Source: Bordetella parapertussis (GTDB taxonomy: Bacteria; Pseudomonadota; Gammaproteobacteria; Burkholderiales; Casimicrobiaceae). From it: 64,000 nt of DNA. The position numbers and the translations under genes were made by a program. The DNA lies in contig CALQLA020000001.1 of the NCBI GenBank assembly GCA_943331295.2, positions 64,629 through 128,628 on the forward strand. Direction: 5' to 3'. This document shows positions 18,144 through 29,995 of this stretch, in pieces. Position 1 is the first letter of the stretch. Every line of letters begins with the position of its first letter. The notes under the pieces are model-generated. The model was not told where the DNA came from and did no database searches. It saw only the letters and a program-made list of their open reading frames with translations.

Positions 18144-18830
18144 CTACGGCGGCGGCATACTCCCTGCCGCCGCCCGGTAACGCGCGAGCACGAACGCGAC
18201 GGCAGCCGCGATCGTCATTTGCGTCGTATCGAGGATCGCGGCGTCGGCGGCCGGCTTGAGCGGCGCTGCCGCTCTCCCGGCGTCGCGCGCGTCGCGCTCC
18301 CGAATGTCACGCAAAAGACTGTCGATTGTAACGGAGTTTCCTTTTTCGATCAACTGCTTATGGCGGCGCCGCGCCCGTTCCTCGGGCGTGGCCGTCACGA
18401 ACACCTTGACCACGGCATCGGGGAACACGACCGTGCCCATGTCGCGGCCGTCGGCAACCAGCCCGGGCATCTGCCGGAACGCCCGCTGCCGCTCGAAGAG
18501 GGCGGCGCGCACGGCGGGCAGCGCTGCCACCCGCGACGCCCCGGCGCCGACGGCCTCGGACCTGATCGCTGCGGTGACGTCCTGCCCCGCGAGCCGGACG
18601 CCGGCGGCGGTGAAGACCACGTCGAGCGCGGCGGCGGCGGCGGCGAGTCGGGCTTCGGCGTCGAGCGGTATGGCGCCTTGCAGCGCCGCGAACGCGACCA
18701 GACGATAGAGCGCGCCGCTGTCGAGGAGATGGAACCCCAGTTCCGCGGCGACGCCGGCGGCCACGGTTCCCTTGCCCGATGCGGCCGGCCCATCGACGGC
18801 GATCACCGGAATGTCGGCCGCGCGGCTCAC
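18144..18830 (-). CDS. cmk: cytidylate kinase
   Basis: GTG start at 18830 overlaps the aroA stop (GTGA). Motif [15 protein letters not shown]. Conserved aroA-cmk-rpsA order. Confidence 0.9.
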   Translation of the reverse strand: MSRAADIPVIAVDGPAASGKGTVAAGVAAELGFHLLDSGALYRLVAFAALQGAIPLDAEARLAAAAAALDVVFTAAGVRLAGQDVTAAIRSEAVGAGASRVAALPAVRAALFERQRAFRQMPGLVADGRDMGTVVFPDAVVKVFVTATPEERARRRHKQLIEKGNSVTIDSLLRDIRERDARDAGRAAAPLKPAADAAILDTTQMTIAAAVAFVLARYRAAAGSMPPP

Positions 18831-20188
18831 GCGGCGGGCCCCCGCGCGATCGCGCCGAACACGGCGAAGTAGTCGGGGAACGTCTTGCGCACGCATTCCG
18901 GGTCGTTGATGCGGACCGTCACGCCGCCCAGCGCCGCCAGCGAGAAGCACATCGCGATCCGGTGATCGTCGTAGGTGTCGATGGTCGCCGCGACGAGCCG
19001 CGCCGGCGGGAAGACGCGCAGAAAATCGGGCCCGGACTCCACGCGCGCGCCGAGCTTCGCGAGTTCGGCGGCCATCGCCGCGATGCGGTCGGTCTCCTTC
19101 ACCCGCCAGCTCGCGATGCCGCGCAGCGTGGTGGGCCCGCGCGCGAACAGCGCGACCACGGCGAGCGTCATCGCGGCATCGGGAATCGCGACGCAATCGA
19201 CGTCGATGCCGGTGAGGGGCCCGCCCGACCGGGCCTCGATCCAGTCGTCGCCGGCATCGACCACGGCGCCCATCCGCGCGAGCTCCGCCGCGAACGCGAC
19301 GTCGCCCTGGATCGACCCGCGGCCCACGCCCGTCACGCGCACCGGCCCGCCGCCGATGGCGCCGGTCGCCAGGAAATACGAGGCGGCCGAGGCGTCGCCC
19401 TCGACGTGGATCGTGCCGGGGCTCGCGTACGCGGCGCCTCCGTCGACGCGGAACGTCCGGTCGTCGGGCGCGGCGACGGCGACGCCGAAGCGCGCCATCA
19501 GGTTGGTGGTGATCGCCACGTAGGGCCGCGAGATCAGCTCGCCGATCACGTCGACGGTGATCGCGCGGCCGGTGCGCGCGGTGACCTGCGGCAGCGCCAT
19601 CAGCAGCGCCGACAGGAACTGGCTCGACACGTCGCCGCGCACGGCGACGCGGTCGGCGGTTGCGCCGGCAAGCGCCCTGCCGGGTCCGATCGCAAGCGGC
19701 GGAAACCCGTCGTTGGCGAGGTACCGGACGTCCGCGCCGAGGCGGCGCAGCGCGTCGACGAGGTCGCCGATCGGCCGCTCGTGCATCCGCGGAACGCCGG
19801 ACAGCCGATAGTGCCCGCCGGCGACGGCCAGCGCCGCGGTCAGCGGCCGGAACGCGGTGCCGGCGTTGCCGAGGAAGAGGTTCGCGTCCTTCACCGGGAA
19901 CGTGGCGCCGGTGCCGTGAACGACGAATTCGCCGGGTGCGGCGCCGGCGTCGATGCGCACGCCCAGCGCCGCCAGCGCCTCGCGCATCCGGTCGACGTCG
20001 TCGGCATCCAGCAGCCCGAGGACGCGCGTGTCGCCGGTGGCGAGCGCCGCGAGCAGCAGCGTACGGTTGGAGATGCTCTTCGATCCGGGCAGCGCCACCA
20101 CGCCTTCGACGCGGGCGACCGGCGCGAGGTCGAGGCAGGCGATGGCGCCCGGGGCGGACGTTGCGGGCGACGCGGACTCAGGACTCAC
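18827..20188 (-). CDS. aroA: 3-phosphoshikimate 1-carboxyvinyltransferase (EPSP synthase)
   Basis: Motif [18 protein letters not shown] near the N-terminus. Start is a best guess: GTG at 20188, overlapping the tyrA end by 11 nt. Confidence 0.9.
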   Translation of the reverse strand: MSPESASPATSAPGAIACLDLAPVARVEGVVALPGSKSISNRTLLLAALATGDTRVLGLLDADDVDRMREALAALGVRIDAGAAPGEFVVHGTGATFPVKDANLFLGNAGTAFRPLTAALAVAGGHYRLSGVPRMHERPIGDLVDALRRLGADVRYLANDGFPPLAIGPGRALAGATADRVAVRGDVSSQFLSALLMALPQVTARTGRAITVDVIGELISRPYVAITTNLMARFGVAVAAPDDRTFRVDGGAAYASPGTIHVEGDASAASYFLATGAIGGGPVRVTGVGRGSIQGDVAFAAELARMGAVVDAGDDWIEARSGGPLTGIDVDCVAIPDAAMTLAVVALFARGPTTLRGIASWRVKETDRIAAMAAELAKLGARVESGPDFLRVFPPARLVAATIDTYDDHRIAMCFSLAALGGVTVRINDPECVRKTFPDYFAVFGAIARGPAA

Positions 20189-21134
20189 GCGGACCGTCCT
20201 CGGGGGCGGCCTTCGCCGCGTTGTGCTGCGCTTCCCAGTCGCGGCGCGCGCTTTGAGCCCGCGCGAAGACCGCGCCCAGCGCGTCGCCGTCGCGCGCCGC
20301 GACCATCGCCGCGAGGCGGTCGAGCTGGGCGCGATATGCGGCGATCTCGGAGAGCAGCGCATCGCGGTTGGCGAGCGAAATGTCGCGCCACATTTCCGGC
20401 GAGCTCGCGGCGATCCGGGTGAAGTCGCGGAATCCGCTCGCCGCGAAACGGAATATTTCCTCCGCGTCAGGCCGGGCCGCGAAGACGTCGACCAGACCGA
20501 ACGCCAGCAGGTGCGGCAGGTGGGAGACGGCGGCAAACACGCGGTCGTGCGTCGCGGCGTCGAGCCGGCGCACGCGGCTGCCGCAGAGCTCCCACATCGC
20601 GCCCACGCGCGCCACGGCGTCCGGGTTGGTCTCCGGCGACGGCGTCAGCACCACGTTGCGCTGCTGGAACAGGGTGGCGAAGGCCGCGGCGGCGCCGGAA
20701 TGCTCGGTGCCGGCGATCGGATGCGCGGGGACGAACCGGGGCAGCGCGGCGCCGAGGGTGGCGCGTGCCGCGGCGATGACGTCCTGCTTGGTGCTGCCGG
20801 CGTCGGTGACGATCGTCCGCGGCCCGAGCCGCCCCGCCATCGCGGCGAACAGCGCCGGATACTGCGCCACCGGCGCAGCGAGCAGCACGACGTCGGCATC
20901 CGCGAGCTCGGCGGTCCAGTCCCCGGCCAGCGGCACCTGCCGGTCGATGATCGCGAGCTCGCGCGCGGTGTCGAGATTGGCGCGGCCGCGCCCGACGCCG
21001 ACCACCTCGCCGACGGCGCCCGCAGCGCGCAGCGCCAGCGCCAGGGAGCCGCCGATCAGGCCGACGCCGATCACCACCAGCTTGCCGACGCCGGCGGCGG
21101 GCGCGGCCGGCCGCACCGGCGACTCAGCCGTCAA
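20178..21134 (-). CDS. tyrA: prephenate dehydrogenase
   Basis: Rossmann motif [16 protein letters not shown] and motif [10 protein letters not shown]. The start is either TTG 21134 or GTG 21116 and is uncertain. Confidence 0.85.
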   Translation of the reverse strand: MTAESPVRPAAPAAGVGKLVVIGVGLIGGSLALALRAAGAVGEVVGVGRGRANLDTARELAIIDRQVPLAGDWTAELADADVVLLAAPVAQYPALFAAMAGRLGPRTIVTDAGSTKQDVIAAARATLGAALPRFVPAHPIAGTEHSGAAAAFATLFQQRNVVLTPSPETNPDAVARVGAMWELCGSRVRRLDAATHDRVFAAVSHLPHLLAFGLVDVFAARPDAEEIFRFAASGFRDFTRIAASSPEMWRDISLANRDALLSEIAAYRAQLDRLAAMVAARDGDALGAVFARAQSARRDWEAQHNAAKAAPEDGPRES

Positions 21135-22257
21135 GCGCGACCTTCAGCGCAGCCAGGAAGCGGCGGTTCTCCTCCGGCAGCCCGATGGTGACCCGCAGGT
21201 ACTCGGGCAGGCCGTAGTTGGCCACGGGGCGCACGATGACGCCCTGCTGCAGCAGCCGCTGGTAGACGCGGCCGGCATCGCCCACCTTGACCAGCATGAA
21301 GTTGCCGTGCGAAGGGACGAAGCCGACGCCCGCGGCCGCGAGCTCCGTCTCGAGGGTGCGCTTGCCGGCATCGTTGAGCGCGCGGCTTTCGTCGACGTAG
21401 GCGGTGTCGGCGAGCGCCGCCACCGCCGCGGCCTGCGCCAGCGCGTTGACGTTGAACGGCTGGCGGACCCGATTCATCATGTCGGCGACCTTCGCGTGCA
21501 TGATCCCGTAGCCGACGCGCAGCGCGGCCAGGCCGAACGCCTTCGAGAACGTGCGCGAGACGATGAGGTTCGGGTACTTGCCGACCCACGCCGCCGAGGG
21601 TGCGTGATGCGTCGGCGGCAGGTACTCGTTGTACGCCTCGTCCAGCACCACCAGCGTGTTTTCCGGCACGCCGGCGATGAACGCCTCGAGCGCCTCCGGC
21701 GCGAGCCAGGTCCCGGTCGGGTTGTTGGGGTTGGCGACGAACACGACGCGGGTCGAGGCCGTGATCGCCCTGGCCATCGCCGGCAGGTCGTGGCCGAAGT
21801 CGCGCGCGGCGACCTCGATGCCGATCGCGCCGCGCGCCTGCGTGGCCAGCGGGTACACGGCGAAGGCGTGGCGCGAATACACCGCGTGGTCGCCGGGCTG
21901 CAGGAAGGCCTGCGTCACGAGCTCGAGGATGTCGTTGCTGCCGTTGCCGAGGACGATCTGCTCGGCGTCGACGGCGTAGCGCGCCGCCAGCGCCGCCTTC
22001 AGCGCGAAGCCGTTGCCGTCCGGGTAGCGGCACAATTCCTCGGTGGCGGCGGCGATCGCGGCGCGGACCGCCGGGCTGGGGCCGCGCGGATTCTCGTTCG
22101 ACGCGAGCTTGACGATGCTGGCCTCGTCGAGGCCGAATTCGCGCGCCAGCTCGTCGATCGGCTTGCCGGGAAGGTAGCGCGTGATCCGGCGCACGTATTC
22201 GGGCGCGAGCGCTCCCGGGTCGCGGTGATGGACGGCGGTGTGGGCATGGCTGGTCAT
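21124..22257 (-). CDS. hisC: histidinol-phosphate / aromatic aminotransferase (class II)
   Basis: ATG at 22257. Motifs KLASNENPRGPS and SRTFSKAFGLAALRVGY (PLP lysine motif). Lies within the pheA-hisC-tyrA-aroA block. Confidence 0.85.
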   Translation of the reverse strand: MTSHAHTAVHHRDPGALAPEYVRRITRYLPGKPIDELAREFGLDEASIVKLASNENPRGPSPAVRAAIAAATEELCRYPDGNGFALKAALAARYAVDAEQIVLGNGSNDILELVTQAFLQPGDHAVYSRHAFAVYPLATQARGAIGIEVAARDFGHDLPAMARAITASTRVVFVANPNNPTGTWLAPEALEAFIAGVPENTLVVLDEAYNEYLPPTHHAPSAAWVGKYPNLIVSRTFSKAFGLAALRVGYGIMHAKVADMMNRVRQPFNVNALAQAAAVAALADTAYVDESRALNDAGKRTLETELAAAGVGFVPSHGNFMLVKVGDAGRVYQRLLQQGVIVRPVANYGLPEYLRVTIGLPEENRRFLAALKVALDG

Positions 22258-22270
22258 GACGGTTCCGATG

Positions 22271-23365
22271 CTAGTAGACGGCGGCCGGATAGGATCCCAG
22301 CAGCTTGAGGGAGCGCGCCTTTTCGCGCAGTTCGGCCAGCGCGGCAGCCACCGGCGGGTCGTTCGCGTGGCCTTCGAGGTCGACGAAGAACTGGTATTCC
22401 CACAGCTCGGTGCGGGACGGTCGCGACTCCAGCCGCGACATCGACACGCCGTGCTTGGCGAGCGGCTCGAGCAGCGCATACACGGCGCCCGGCCGGTTGG
22501 GCGCCGACATCACGAGCGATGTCTCGTCCTTGCCCGACGGCGGGACGTCCTGCGCCCCCAGCACCCAGAAGCGCGTGGTGTTGTTGGGCTCGTCCTCGAT
22601 GTGGGGCGCCAGCACCCGGAGGCCGTAGATCGTCGCGGCGATCTCGCCGGCAATGGCGGCGGCGCCCGGCTCGGTCGCGGCCAGCCGCGCCGCCTCCGCA
22701 TTGCTGGCCACCGGCACGCGGTCGGCGGCCGGCAGGCTGGTCGCGAGCCACTGCGCGCATTGCGCGAGCGACTGCGCGTGCGAGTACACCTTGCGGACGT
22801 CGCCGATCGCGGCGACGTTGCCGAGGAGGTTCTGCGCGACGCGCAGCTTGATCTCGCCGCAGACGCGCAGCGGCGTCTGGCACATGAGGTCGAGCGTCCG
22901 GCCGACCACGCCCTCGGTGGAGTTCTCGACCGGGACCACGGCGTAGTCGTCCTGGCCGCTCTCGGCGGCGCGGAACACGGCGTCGATCGTGGCGCAGGGG
23001 CTCGCCTCGACGAACGCGCCGAAATGCTTGGTGACGGCAGCGTGCGAGAACGTCCCCGGCGGCCCGAGGTAGGCGATCCGCAGCGGCTGCTCCAGCGCGA
23101 GGCACGCCGACATGACCTGCCGGAAGATGATCGCAACCGCCTCGTCCGACAGCGGGCCGGGGTTCTCCGCCTGGATCCGCCGCAGCACCTGCGACTCGCG
23201 CTCGGGCCGGTAGGCGGTGCGGCCGCCCTTCAGCTCGCCGATCGCCCTGGCATGACCCGCCCGCGCACCGAGCCGCGCGAGGATCTCGCGGTCGAGCGCG
23301 TCGATGGCGTCGCGGTGCCGGCGCAGCGCGGCCGCCTGGTCCGCGTCGTTCGGGATGTCGGCCAT
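22271..23365 (-). CDS. pheA: bifunctional chorismate mutase / prephenate dehydratase (P-protein)
   Basis: N-terminal CM domain (LRRHRDAIDALDREIL). PDT domain (RIAYLGPPGTFSH). C-terminal ACT domain with an ESRP motif. Confidence 0.9.
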   Translation of the reverse strand: MADIPNDADQAAALRRHRDAIDALDREILARLGARAGHARAIGELKGGRTAYRPERESQVLRRIQAENPGPLSDEAVAIIFRQVMSACLALEQPLRIAYLGPPGTFSHAAVTKHFGAFVEASPCATIDAVFRAAESGQDDYAVVPVENSTEGVVGRTLDLMCQTPLRVCGEIKLRVAQNLLGNVAAIGDVRKVYSHAQSLAQCAQWLATSLPAADRVPVASNAEAARLAATEPGAAAIAGEIAATIYGLRVLAPHIEDEPNNTTRFWVLGAQDVPPSGKDETSLVMSAPNRPGAVYALLEPLAKHGVSMSRLESRPSRTELWEYQFFVDLEGHANDPPVAAALAELREKARSLKLLGSYPAAVY

Positions 23366-23371
23366 GGGGTG

Positions 23372-25927
23372 TCAGCCCTCGACGTCGTCGTCTTCCGGCT
23401 CGACGACCCGCTCGAGCCCGGCGAGCTTCTCGCCCTTGCCGAGGTTGATCAGCGTGACGCCCTGCGTCGAGCGGCCCATCTCGCGGATCGACTTCACCTT
23501 GGTCCGGATCAGCACGCCGCCGGTCGAGATCAGCATCACCTCGTCCTCCGGCCGCACCAGCGCGGCGGCGACGACCTGCCCGTTGCGCTCGGTCTGCTGG
23601 ATCGCGATCATGCCCTTGGTGCCGCGGCCGTGCCGCGTGTACTCGACGATCGGCGTGCGCTTGCCGTAGCCGTGCTCCGTGGCCGTCAGCACCGACTGCT
23701 GCTCGTCCTCGGCCACCAGCATCGAGATCAGCCGCTGCTTGCCGGGGAGCGCCATCCCGCGCACGCCGTGCGCGTTGCGGCCCATCGGCCGCACGTCGTT
23801 CTCGTCGAAGCGCACCGCCTTGCCGCCCGAACTGAACAGCATGACGTCGTGCTTGCCGTCGGTCAGCGCGACGCCGATCAGCTGGTCGCCGTCGGTCAGG
23901 TCGACGGCGATGATGCCGGACGCACGCGGCCGCGAGAACTCCGACAGCGGCGTCTTCTTCACGGTGCCCATGACGGTCGCCATGAACACGAATTGCGTCT
24001 CGGTGAACTCCTTGACCGGCAGGATCGCCGTGATCTTCTCGCCTTCCCCGAGCGGGACCAGGTTGATGACCGGCTTGCCGCGCGCGACGCGCGTGCCCTG
24101 GGGCACGTTGTAGACCTTGAGCCAGTACACCCGGCCGCGGTTCGAGAAGCAGAGGATGTAGTCGTGCGTGTTGGCGATGAACAGCTGGTCGATGAAGTCG
24201 TCTTCCTTGGTCGCCGTCGCCTGCCGGCCGCGGCCGCCCCGCTTCTGGGCGCGGTATTCGGCGACCAGCTGCGCCTTCATGTAGCCGCCGTGCGAGAGCG
24301 TCACGACCATCTCGGCCGGCGCGATCAGGTCTTCCAGCGACAGGTCCGTGCTCTGCGCGACGATCTCGGACCGGCGCTGGTCGCCGAACTGGTCGCGAAT
24401 GCCGCGCAGCTCGTCGCCGACGATCGTCGTGACGCGCGAGGGCTTCGCCAGGATGTCCAGCAGGTCGACGATCTGCGCCATCACGTCCTTGTACTCGCCG
24501 AAGATCTTGTCCTGCTCGAGGCCGGTGAGCCGCTGCAGGCGCAGCTCGAGGATCGCCTGCGCCTGGGCGTCGGACAGGTGGTAGCCCGTGGCGGGGTGCC
24601 AGCCGAACTCGACCGGCAGACCTTCCGGCCGCGCGGCGTCGGCCGCGGCGCGGACCAGCATCTCTTCGACCAGCGCCGAGCGCCAGACCTTCTGCATCAG
24701 CGCGACCTTGGCTTCGGGCGGCGTGGGCGCGGCCTTGATCAGCGCGATGATCTCGTCGACGTTCGACAGCGCAACGGCGAGACCTTCCAGTATGTGACCG
24801 CGCTCGCGCGCCTTGCGCAGCTCGAAGCGGGTGCGGCGCACGACGACTTCGCGCCGGTGCTGCAGGAAGTACTCGAGGAACTGCTTGAGGTTGAGCAGGC
24901 GCGGCTGGTTGTCGACCAGCGCGACCATGTTCATCCCGAAGCTGTCCTGGAGCTGGGTCAGCTTGTACAGATTGTTGACGACGATTTCCGGGACTTCGCC
25001 GCGCTTCAGCTCGATCACGACGCGCATGCCGGACTTGTCCGACTCGTCGCGCAGGTCCGAGATGCCCTCGAGCTTCTTGTCGCGGACGAGCTCGCCGATC
25101 CGGATCAGCAGGTTCGCCTTGTTGACCTGGTAGGGGATCTCGTCGACGATTATCGCCTGCCGCTCGCCCTTGCCGATGTCCTCGAAGTGGGTCCGCGCGC
25201 GGATCACGACGCGGCCGCGGCCGGTGCGGTAGCCCTCGCGGACGCCCTCCAGGCCGTAGATGATGCCGGCGGTCGGGAAGTCGGGCGCCGGGACGATCTC
25301 GATCAGCTCGTCGATCGTCAGCGCCGGGTTGCCCAGCAGCGCGAGGCAGGCGTCGACGACTTCCGTCAGGTTGTGCGGCGGGATGTTGGTCGCCATCCCG
25401 ACGGCGATTCCCGAAGAGCCGTTGACGAGCAGGTTCGGGATCCGCGACGGCAGCACCGTCGGCTCGAGTTCCTTGCCGTCGTAGTTCGGCGCGAAGTCGA
25501 CCGTCTCGCGGTCGATGTCGGCCAGGAGCTCGTTGGCGATCTTCTGCAGCCGGCACTCGGTGTAGCGCATCGCCGCGGCGTTGTCGCCGTCGACCGACCC
25601 GAAGTTGCCCTGCCCGTCGACCAGCGGGTAGCGCAGCGAGAAGTCCTGCGCCATCCGGACCAGGGCGTCGTAGATCGCCATGTCGCCGTGCGGATGGAAC
25701 TTGCCCATGACTTCGCCGACGACCCGGGCGCACTTCACGTACGGCCGGTTCCACACCGTGTTCGCCTCGTGCATCGCATAAAGGACGCGGCGGTGCACCG
25801 GCTTGAGTCCGTCCCGCGCGTCGGGCAGCGCGCGCCCCACGATCACGCTCATCGCATAATCGAGGTAGGAATGGCGCATTTCGGCTTCCAGACTGACCGG
25901 AAGGGTTTCTTTAGCAAACTGCTCCAT
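23372..25927 (-). CDS. gyrA: DNA gyrase subunit A
   Basis: [47 protein letters not shown]. The QRDR region and the catalytic Tyr context (AAMRYTE) are present. Confidence 0.97.
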   Translation of the reverse strand: MEQFAKETLPVSLEAEMRHSYLDYAMSVIVGRALPDARDGLKPVHRRVLYAMHEANTVWNRPYVKCARVVGEVMGKFHPHGDMAIYDALVRMAQDFSLRYPLVDGQGNFGSVDGDNAAAMRYTECRLQKIANELLADIDRETVDFAPNYDGKELEPTVLPSRIPNLLVNGSSGIAVGMATNIPPHNLTEVVDACLALLGNPALTIDELIEIVPAPDFPTAGIIYGLEGVREGYRTGRGRVVIRARTHFEDIGKGERQAIIVDEIPYQVNKANLLIRIGELVRDKKLEGISDLRDESDKSGMRVVIELKRGEVPEIVVNNLYKLTQLQDSFGMNMVALVDNQPRLLNLKQFLEYFLQHRREVVVRRTRFELRKARERGHILEGLAVALSNVDEIIALIKAAPTPPEAKVALMQKVWRSALVEEMLVRAAADAARPEGLPVEFGWHPATGYHLSDAQAQAILELRLQRLTGLEQDKIFGEYKDVMAQIVDLLDILAKPSRVTTIVGDELRGIRDQFGDQRRSEIVAQSTDLSLEDLIAPAEMVVTLSHGGYMKAQLVAEYRAQKRGGRGRQATATKEDDFIDQLFIANTHDYILCFSNRGRVYWLKVYNVPQGTRVARGKPVINLVPLGEGEKITAILPVKEFTETQFVFMATVMGTVKKTPLSEFSRPRASGIIAVDLTDGDQLIGVALTDGKHDVMLFSSGGKAVRFDENDVRPMGRNAHGVRGMALPGKQRLISMLVAEDEQQSVLTATEHGYGKRTPIVEYTRHGRGTKGMIAIQQTERNGQVVAAALVRPEDEVMLISTGGVLIRTKVKSIREMGRSTQGVTLINLGKGEKLAGLERVVEPEDDDVEG

Positions 25928-26181
25928 GGGCGTGTTCGGCAATGTGAGGTGGTCGTTGGGCGGCAGGGGCTACAGGCCGGAAACCGTGCCTGGGACGGGA
26001 TTGCCGGCGCTCGCCGCCCCCAGGCGGCCCGGAATGCCAGTTTCCGGACGACGCACGGGTCTGCCGGCCCCAGAAACAGGTGGCCGGTGGCGTTGGAGAG
26101 CCTTGAATACGTGCAATTTTATCACGTCGTTGCAATGCCGCGACACTTGCCGCCACGGTGTTGCAAAAATCACGGTTTTTT

Positions 26182-26210
26182 TTGCACCCCCCAAGGGCCT
26201 GTGCTATATT
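26182..26210 (+). promoter_or_regulatory. sigma70-type promoter candidate for the OmpA-family gene (TTGCAC-N17-TATATT)
   Basis: Hexamers at 26182-26187 and 26205-26210 in the relatively AT-rich gyrA/ompA divergent region. This implies a leader of about 110 nt. Confidence 0.4.
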
Positions 26211-26325
26211 TCTCGCAGAAAGAAAGAATTCGACGCTCTGGTGCTCCCGCTGCCTGGGGTACCCGGTCGGGGATATGCAGAGTTCGCAAAAACGTGTTCA
26301 AAACCAAAGCCAAAGGGGTGAAACA

Positions 26326-27126
26326 ATGACTCGACGTCTCGTCTCCGGTTGTCTCGTCGCAGCGCTCGCGACCGTGTTCGCCGGCAGCGTTGCCGCGCAG
26401 ACTGCCGATCCGAAGGGCTACGTGCCCGGCACGGCCGCAGCACCCGGTACTGCGCCCGCAGGAACCAGCGGATACGTGCTGAACGCCTATCCGACGCCCA
26501 CCGACGGCATCGTCAAGAGTGGTGTCTACAACGGCACCAAGGGCCTCTCCGGCGGCCTGTGCTATCGCACCGGCTACTGGGCGCCCAGCATGGCCATCGA
26601 GCAGTGCGACCCGGATCTGGTGCCGAAGCCCGCACCCGCCCCGGCGCCGGCACCTGCTCCCGCCGCAGCACCTGCACCCGCACCCGCCCCGGCACCTGCT
26701 CCTGCTCCCGCCCCGGCGCCCGCTGCGCCTGGGGTGCAGAAGATCACCCTTGCCTCGAAGGCGCTGTTCGACTTCGACAAGGCCGTGCTGAAGCCCGAAG
26801 GCATGAAGGCAATCGATACCGAGATCATCGAGAAACTGAAGGGCGTGCAGAAGCTTGAACTGGTGCTGGTCACCGGCCATACCGATCGTATCGGTACCCA
26901 GGCCTACAACCAGAAGCTCTCGGAGCGTCGTGCCGATGCCGTCCGCAACTACCTCGTCAGCAAGGGCGTGGCCAAGGACAAGATCGAGACGCTCGGCATG
27001 GGCAAGACCCAGCCGCTGCCGGGAGTCAAGTGCGAGCAGAAGAACCACAAGGAACTGATCGCCTGCCTCGCGCCGAACCGTCGCGTCGAAGTCGAAGTCA
27101 AGGGCGAGATCATCGTCAAGAAATAA
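26326..27126 (+). CDS. OmpA-family outer-membrane/peptidoglycan-associated protein with a Pro-Ala linker
   Basis: Signal peptide (AGSVAAQ). OmpA_C motifs (FDFDKAVLKPEG, GHTDRIGTQAYNQKLSERRADAV, NRRVEVEV). Confidence 0.85.
   Translation: MTRRLVSGCLVAALATVFAGSVAAQTADPKGYVPGTAAAPGTAPAGTSGYVLNAYPTPTDGIVKSGVYNGTKGLSGGLCYRTGYWAPSMAIEQCDPDLVPKPAPAPAPAPAPAAAPAPAPAPAPAPAPAPAPAAPGVQKITLASKALFDFDKAVLKPEGMKAIDTEIIEKLKGVQKLELVLVTGHTDRIGTQAYNQKLSERRADAVRNYLVSKGVAKDKIETLGMGKTQPLPGVKCEQKNHKELIACLAPNRRVEVEVKGEIIVKK
26629..26721 (+). repeat. (Pro-Ala)n low-complexity coding repeat inside the OmpA-family gene
   Basis: Encodes PAPAPAPAPAPAAAPAPAPAPAPAPAPAPAA. The underlying DNA is an imperfect CCSGCN repeat. 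Confidence 0.8.
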
Positions 27127-27142
27127 GCTTCGAAGCTTCGAG

Positions 27143-27171
27143 AAAAGCCCCGCTCCGGCGGGGCTTTTTTT
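27143..27171 (+). terminator. rho-independent terminator after the OmpA-family gene
   Basis: aaaAGCCCCGCtccgGCGGGGCTttttttt. Confidence 0.7.
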
Positions 27172-27226
27172 CGTCCCCACCTCGCGAGTCCGCCACCGGC
27201 GGCGCCGCTTCCGCTATCCTCATGCC

Positions 27227-28534
27227 ATGCAGACCATTGATCTGCGGCTAGACCCGGGCTGGGTCGTGCCGATCGAACCTTCCGGCGCGCTGGCCGGCCA
27301 CGCGGTCATCGTCGATGCCGGGAGGATCGTCGCGGTGTTGCCGGCTCCCGCTGCCGATGCCGCATTCGCGCCGCGCGAGCGCGTCGCGCTGCCCGGTCAC
27401 GCCCTGATCCCCGGGCTCGTCAACGCGCATACGCATGCGGCGATGACCCTGTTTCGGGGCATCGCCGACGACGTGCCATTGCGGGTGTGGCTGGAGGAGC
27501 ACATCTGGCCGCGCGAGAACCGCTTCGTCGGCACCGAATTCGTCCACGACGGCACCTGCCTCGCCGTGGTGGAGATGCTGAAGGGCGGCATCACCTGCTT
27601 CAACGACATGTACTTCTTCCCGGACGCGACAGCCCGCGCCAGCCTCGAGCTCGGAATCCGCGCGATGCTGGGCCTGGTCGTGCTGGATTTCCCGACACCC
27701 TACGCCGCCGACCCCGACGGGTACCTGCAGCAGGGCATGGCGCTGCGCGACACGTACAAGCATGCGCCCCGGCTGTCGTTCTCGTTCGCGCCCCACGCGC
27801 CGTACACGGTCGGCGACGCGACCTGGGAAAAGATCGTCATGTTCGCGCGGCAACTCGACCTGCCGATCCAGACCCACGTGTCGGAGTCCGCCCACGAGGT
27901 CGCGGAGAGCCGCGCGCAGCACGGCGCCACGCCGCTCGCGCGATTGCACCGGCTGGGCGCCACGGGCCCCGGCTTCATCGGCATCCACGGCGTCCACCTG
28001 GCCGACGAGGACATCGATCTCCTGGCGGTGCATGGCGGGCACGTGGTGCATTGCCCGATCTCGAACATGAAACTCGGCAGCGGCATCGCTCCGGTCGCCC
28101 GCCTGCTCGCGCGCGGCATCAACGTCGCGCTCGGCACCGACGGCGCCGCGTCCAACAACCGGCTCGACATCGCCGGCGAGATGAAGATCGCGTCGCTGCT
28201 CGCGAAGGTCGCGGGCCACGATCCCGCCGTGCTGCCCGCGCAGCAGGTGCTGCAGATGGCAACGCTGGGCGGCGCGCGCGCGCTGGGGCTCGACGCCGAG
28301 ATCGGATCGATCGTCGCCGGCAAGGCCGCGGACCTCGTGGCGGTGGACCTCGCGGCGACCACGTCCCTGCCCTGCTACGATCCGGTCTCCCACCTCGTCC
28401 ACGTCGCGGGGCGCGAGTGCGTGACCGACGTGTGGGTCGCCGGCGTGCGGGTGGTGGCGGGCCGCAATTTGACGACCGCGGACGAGGCTGCCATCGCGGC
28501 CCGTGCCCGCGTCTGGCAGGAGCGCATGCAATGA
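27227..28534 (+). CDS. mtaD: amidohydrolase of the TRZ/ATZ family (5-methylthioadenosine/S-adenosylhomocysteine deaminase-like)
   Basis: Motifs [27 protein letters not shown] and [13 protein letters not shown]. Located upstream of ubiG. Confidence 0.8.
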   Translation: MQTIDLRLDPGWVVPIEPSGALAGHAVIVDAGRIVAVLPAPAADAAFAPRERVALPGHALIPGLVNAHTHAAMTLFRGIADDVPLRVWLEEHIWPRENRFVGTEFVHDGTCLAVVEMLKGGITCFNDMYFFPDATARASLELGIRAMLGLVVLDFPTPYAADPDGYLQQGMALRDTYKHAPRLSFSFAPHAPYTVGDATWEKIVMFARQLDLPIQTHVSESAHEVAESRAQHGATPLARLHRLGATGPGFIGIHGVHLADEDIDLLAVHGGHVVHCPISNMKLGSGIAPVARLLARGINVALGTDGAASNNRLDIAGEMKIASLLAKVAGHDPAVLPAQQVLQMATLGGARALGLDAEIGSIVAGKAADLVAVDLAATTSLPCYDPVSHLVHVAGRECVTDVWVAGVRVVAGRNLTTADEAAIAARARVWQERMQ

Positions 28535-29274
28535 ACGCGAACACGCCCGTCGCGCCGGCCTCGGCACCCAATGCCGACGCCGCCGAGCTCGAAAAATTCG
28601 CCACGCTGGCGCATCACTGGTGGGATCCCGGCAGCGAGATGTTCGGCCCGCTGCACCGGATCAACCCGCTGCGCCTCGCCTGGATCGACGAGGTCGCCGG
28701 CGGACTCGCCGGCAAGCGCGTGCTCGACGTCGGCTGCGGCGGTGGCATCCTGTCCGAGTCGATGGCGACGTGGGGCGCCGATGTCACCGGCATCGACCTC
28801 GGGGAAAAGGCGCTGGGCGTCGCCCGGCTGCACAAGCTCGAATCGGGCGCCGCCGTCGACTACCGGCTGGTGTCGGCCGAAGCGTTCGCCGCCGAGTCAC
28901 CCGCCGCGTTCGACGTCGTCACCTGCATGGAAATGCTGGAGCACGTCCCGGACCCGGCGTCGACAGTCGCCGCGTGCGCGGCGCTTGCCCGGCCGGGCGG
29001 CACCGTCGTGTTCTCGACGATCAATCGCAATCCGAAGTCCTACCTGTTCGCGGTGCTCGGCGCCGAGTACTTGCTCCGGCTGCTGCCGCGCGGCACGCAC
29101 GACTATGCGAAGTTCGTGACGCCGGCCGAGCTCTCCACGTACGCGCGGCAGGCCGGCCTCGCGCCGGCGACGATCACCGGGATGCACTACAACCCGCTGA
29201 CGCAGGCCTTCCGGCTCGGGCCCGGCACCGCGGTCAACTACCTGATGGCGCTGCGCCGGCCGGCCGATGCCTGA
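28531..29274 (+). CDS. ubiG: bifunctional 3-demethylubiquinone / 2-polyprenyl-6-hydroxyphenol O-methyltransferase
   Basis: ATGA overlap with mtaD. Motifs [29 protein letters not shown] and [13 protein letters not shown]. Confidence 0.9.
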   Translation: MNANTPVAPASAPNADAAELEKFATLAHHWWDPGSEMFGPLHRINPLRLAWIDEVAGGLAGKRVLDVGCGGGILSESMATWGADVTGIDLGEKALGVARLHKLESGAAVDYRLVSAEAFAAESPAAFDVVTCMEMLEHVPDPASTVAACAALARPGGTVVFSTINRNPKSYLFAVLGAEYLLRLLPRGTHDYAKFVTPAELSTYARQAGLAPATITGMHYNPLTQAFRLGPGTAVNYLMALRRPADA

Positions 29275-29974
29275 CGCCGTCGTGCGGCCGGTACCCTCCG
29301 GCGCGCTGCCGGTCGACGCGGTGCTGTTCGACCTCGACGGCACGCTGGCCGACACGGCGCCGGATCTCGCCGCGGCGCTCAATCGCGTGCGGCGCGACCG
29401 CGGGCTGCCGGAGATGCCGCTGTCACAACTGCGGCCGTACGCGTCGCACGGCGCGCGCGGCCTGCTCGGCGCCGGCATGGGCATCACGCCCGAGGAGGAC
29501 GGCTACATCGCGCTGCGCGACGTCTTCCTCGATCACTACGCGGCGGCGCTCTCGGTTGACACGACGCTGTTCGACGAGGTCGCCGCGCTGCTCGACGGCA
29601 TCGAGGCGCGCGCGCTGCCGTGGGGAATCGTCACCAACAAGGCGACGCGCTTCACCACGCCGGTGCTCGAGGCACTGGCGCTGTCACGGCGCGCCGGCGT
29701 CGTCGTCTGCGGCGACACCACGCCCCACGCCAAGCCCCACCCGGCACCGCTGCTGCTGGCCGCCGAGCGGCTCGGCGTGCCGCCGTCGCGCTGCGTCTAC
29801 GTGGGGGATGCCGAGCGCGACATCCTTGCGGGAGTCGCCGCCGGCATGCGGACGATCATCGCGCACTACGGCTACATCGAGCCTCAGGACGCGCCGGAGG
29901 AATGGCCCGCCGACGGCGGGATCGACACGCCCGGGGCGCTGCTGCGCTGGCTGCCCGCCGGCCCGGGGCGGTGA
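29267..29974 (+). CDS. HAD-superfamily phosphatase (phosphoglycolate phosphatase Gph/MupP-like)
   Basis: Motifs [15 protein letters not shown] and YVGDAERDI. Overlaps the ubiG end by 8 nt. Confidence 0.75.
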   Translation: MPDAVVRPVPSGALPVDAVLFDLDGTLADTAPDLAAALNRVRRDRGLPEMPLSQLRPYASHGARGLLGAGMGITPEEDGYIALRDVFLDHYAAALSVDTTLFDEVAALLDGIEARALPWGIVTNKATRFTTPVLEALALSRRAGVVVCGDTTPHAKPHPAPLLLAAERLGVPPSRCVYVGDAERDILAGVAAGMRTIIAHYGYIEPQDAPEEWPADGGIDTPGALLRWLPAGPGR

Positions 29975-29995
29975 GCCGCCGGATGCGGACGCCGG

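Noticed and set aside
22238-26329. 1363-aa ORF on the + strand. Curiously, it is the same length as the 1363-aa ORF at 35215..39306 on the - strand.
   Set aside because: Both are antisense to well-supported genes (pheA/gyrA and map/glnD). Their translations are Arg/Asp/His/Gly-rich low-complexity sequence with no motifs. Such shadow ORFs are expected in very GC-rich DNA. The equal length appears to be coincidence.
26629-26721. The repetitive DNA here, and the Ala/Pro-rich stretch in the kinase (about 51500-51870), as a CRISPR or non-coding tandem repeat array.
   Set aside because: Both lie inside clear coding frames and encode Pro/Ala linkers. There is no repeat-spacer periodicity and no cas genes.
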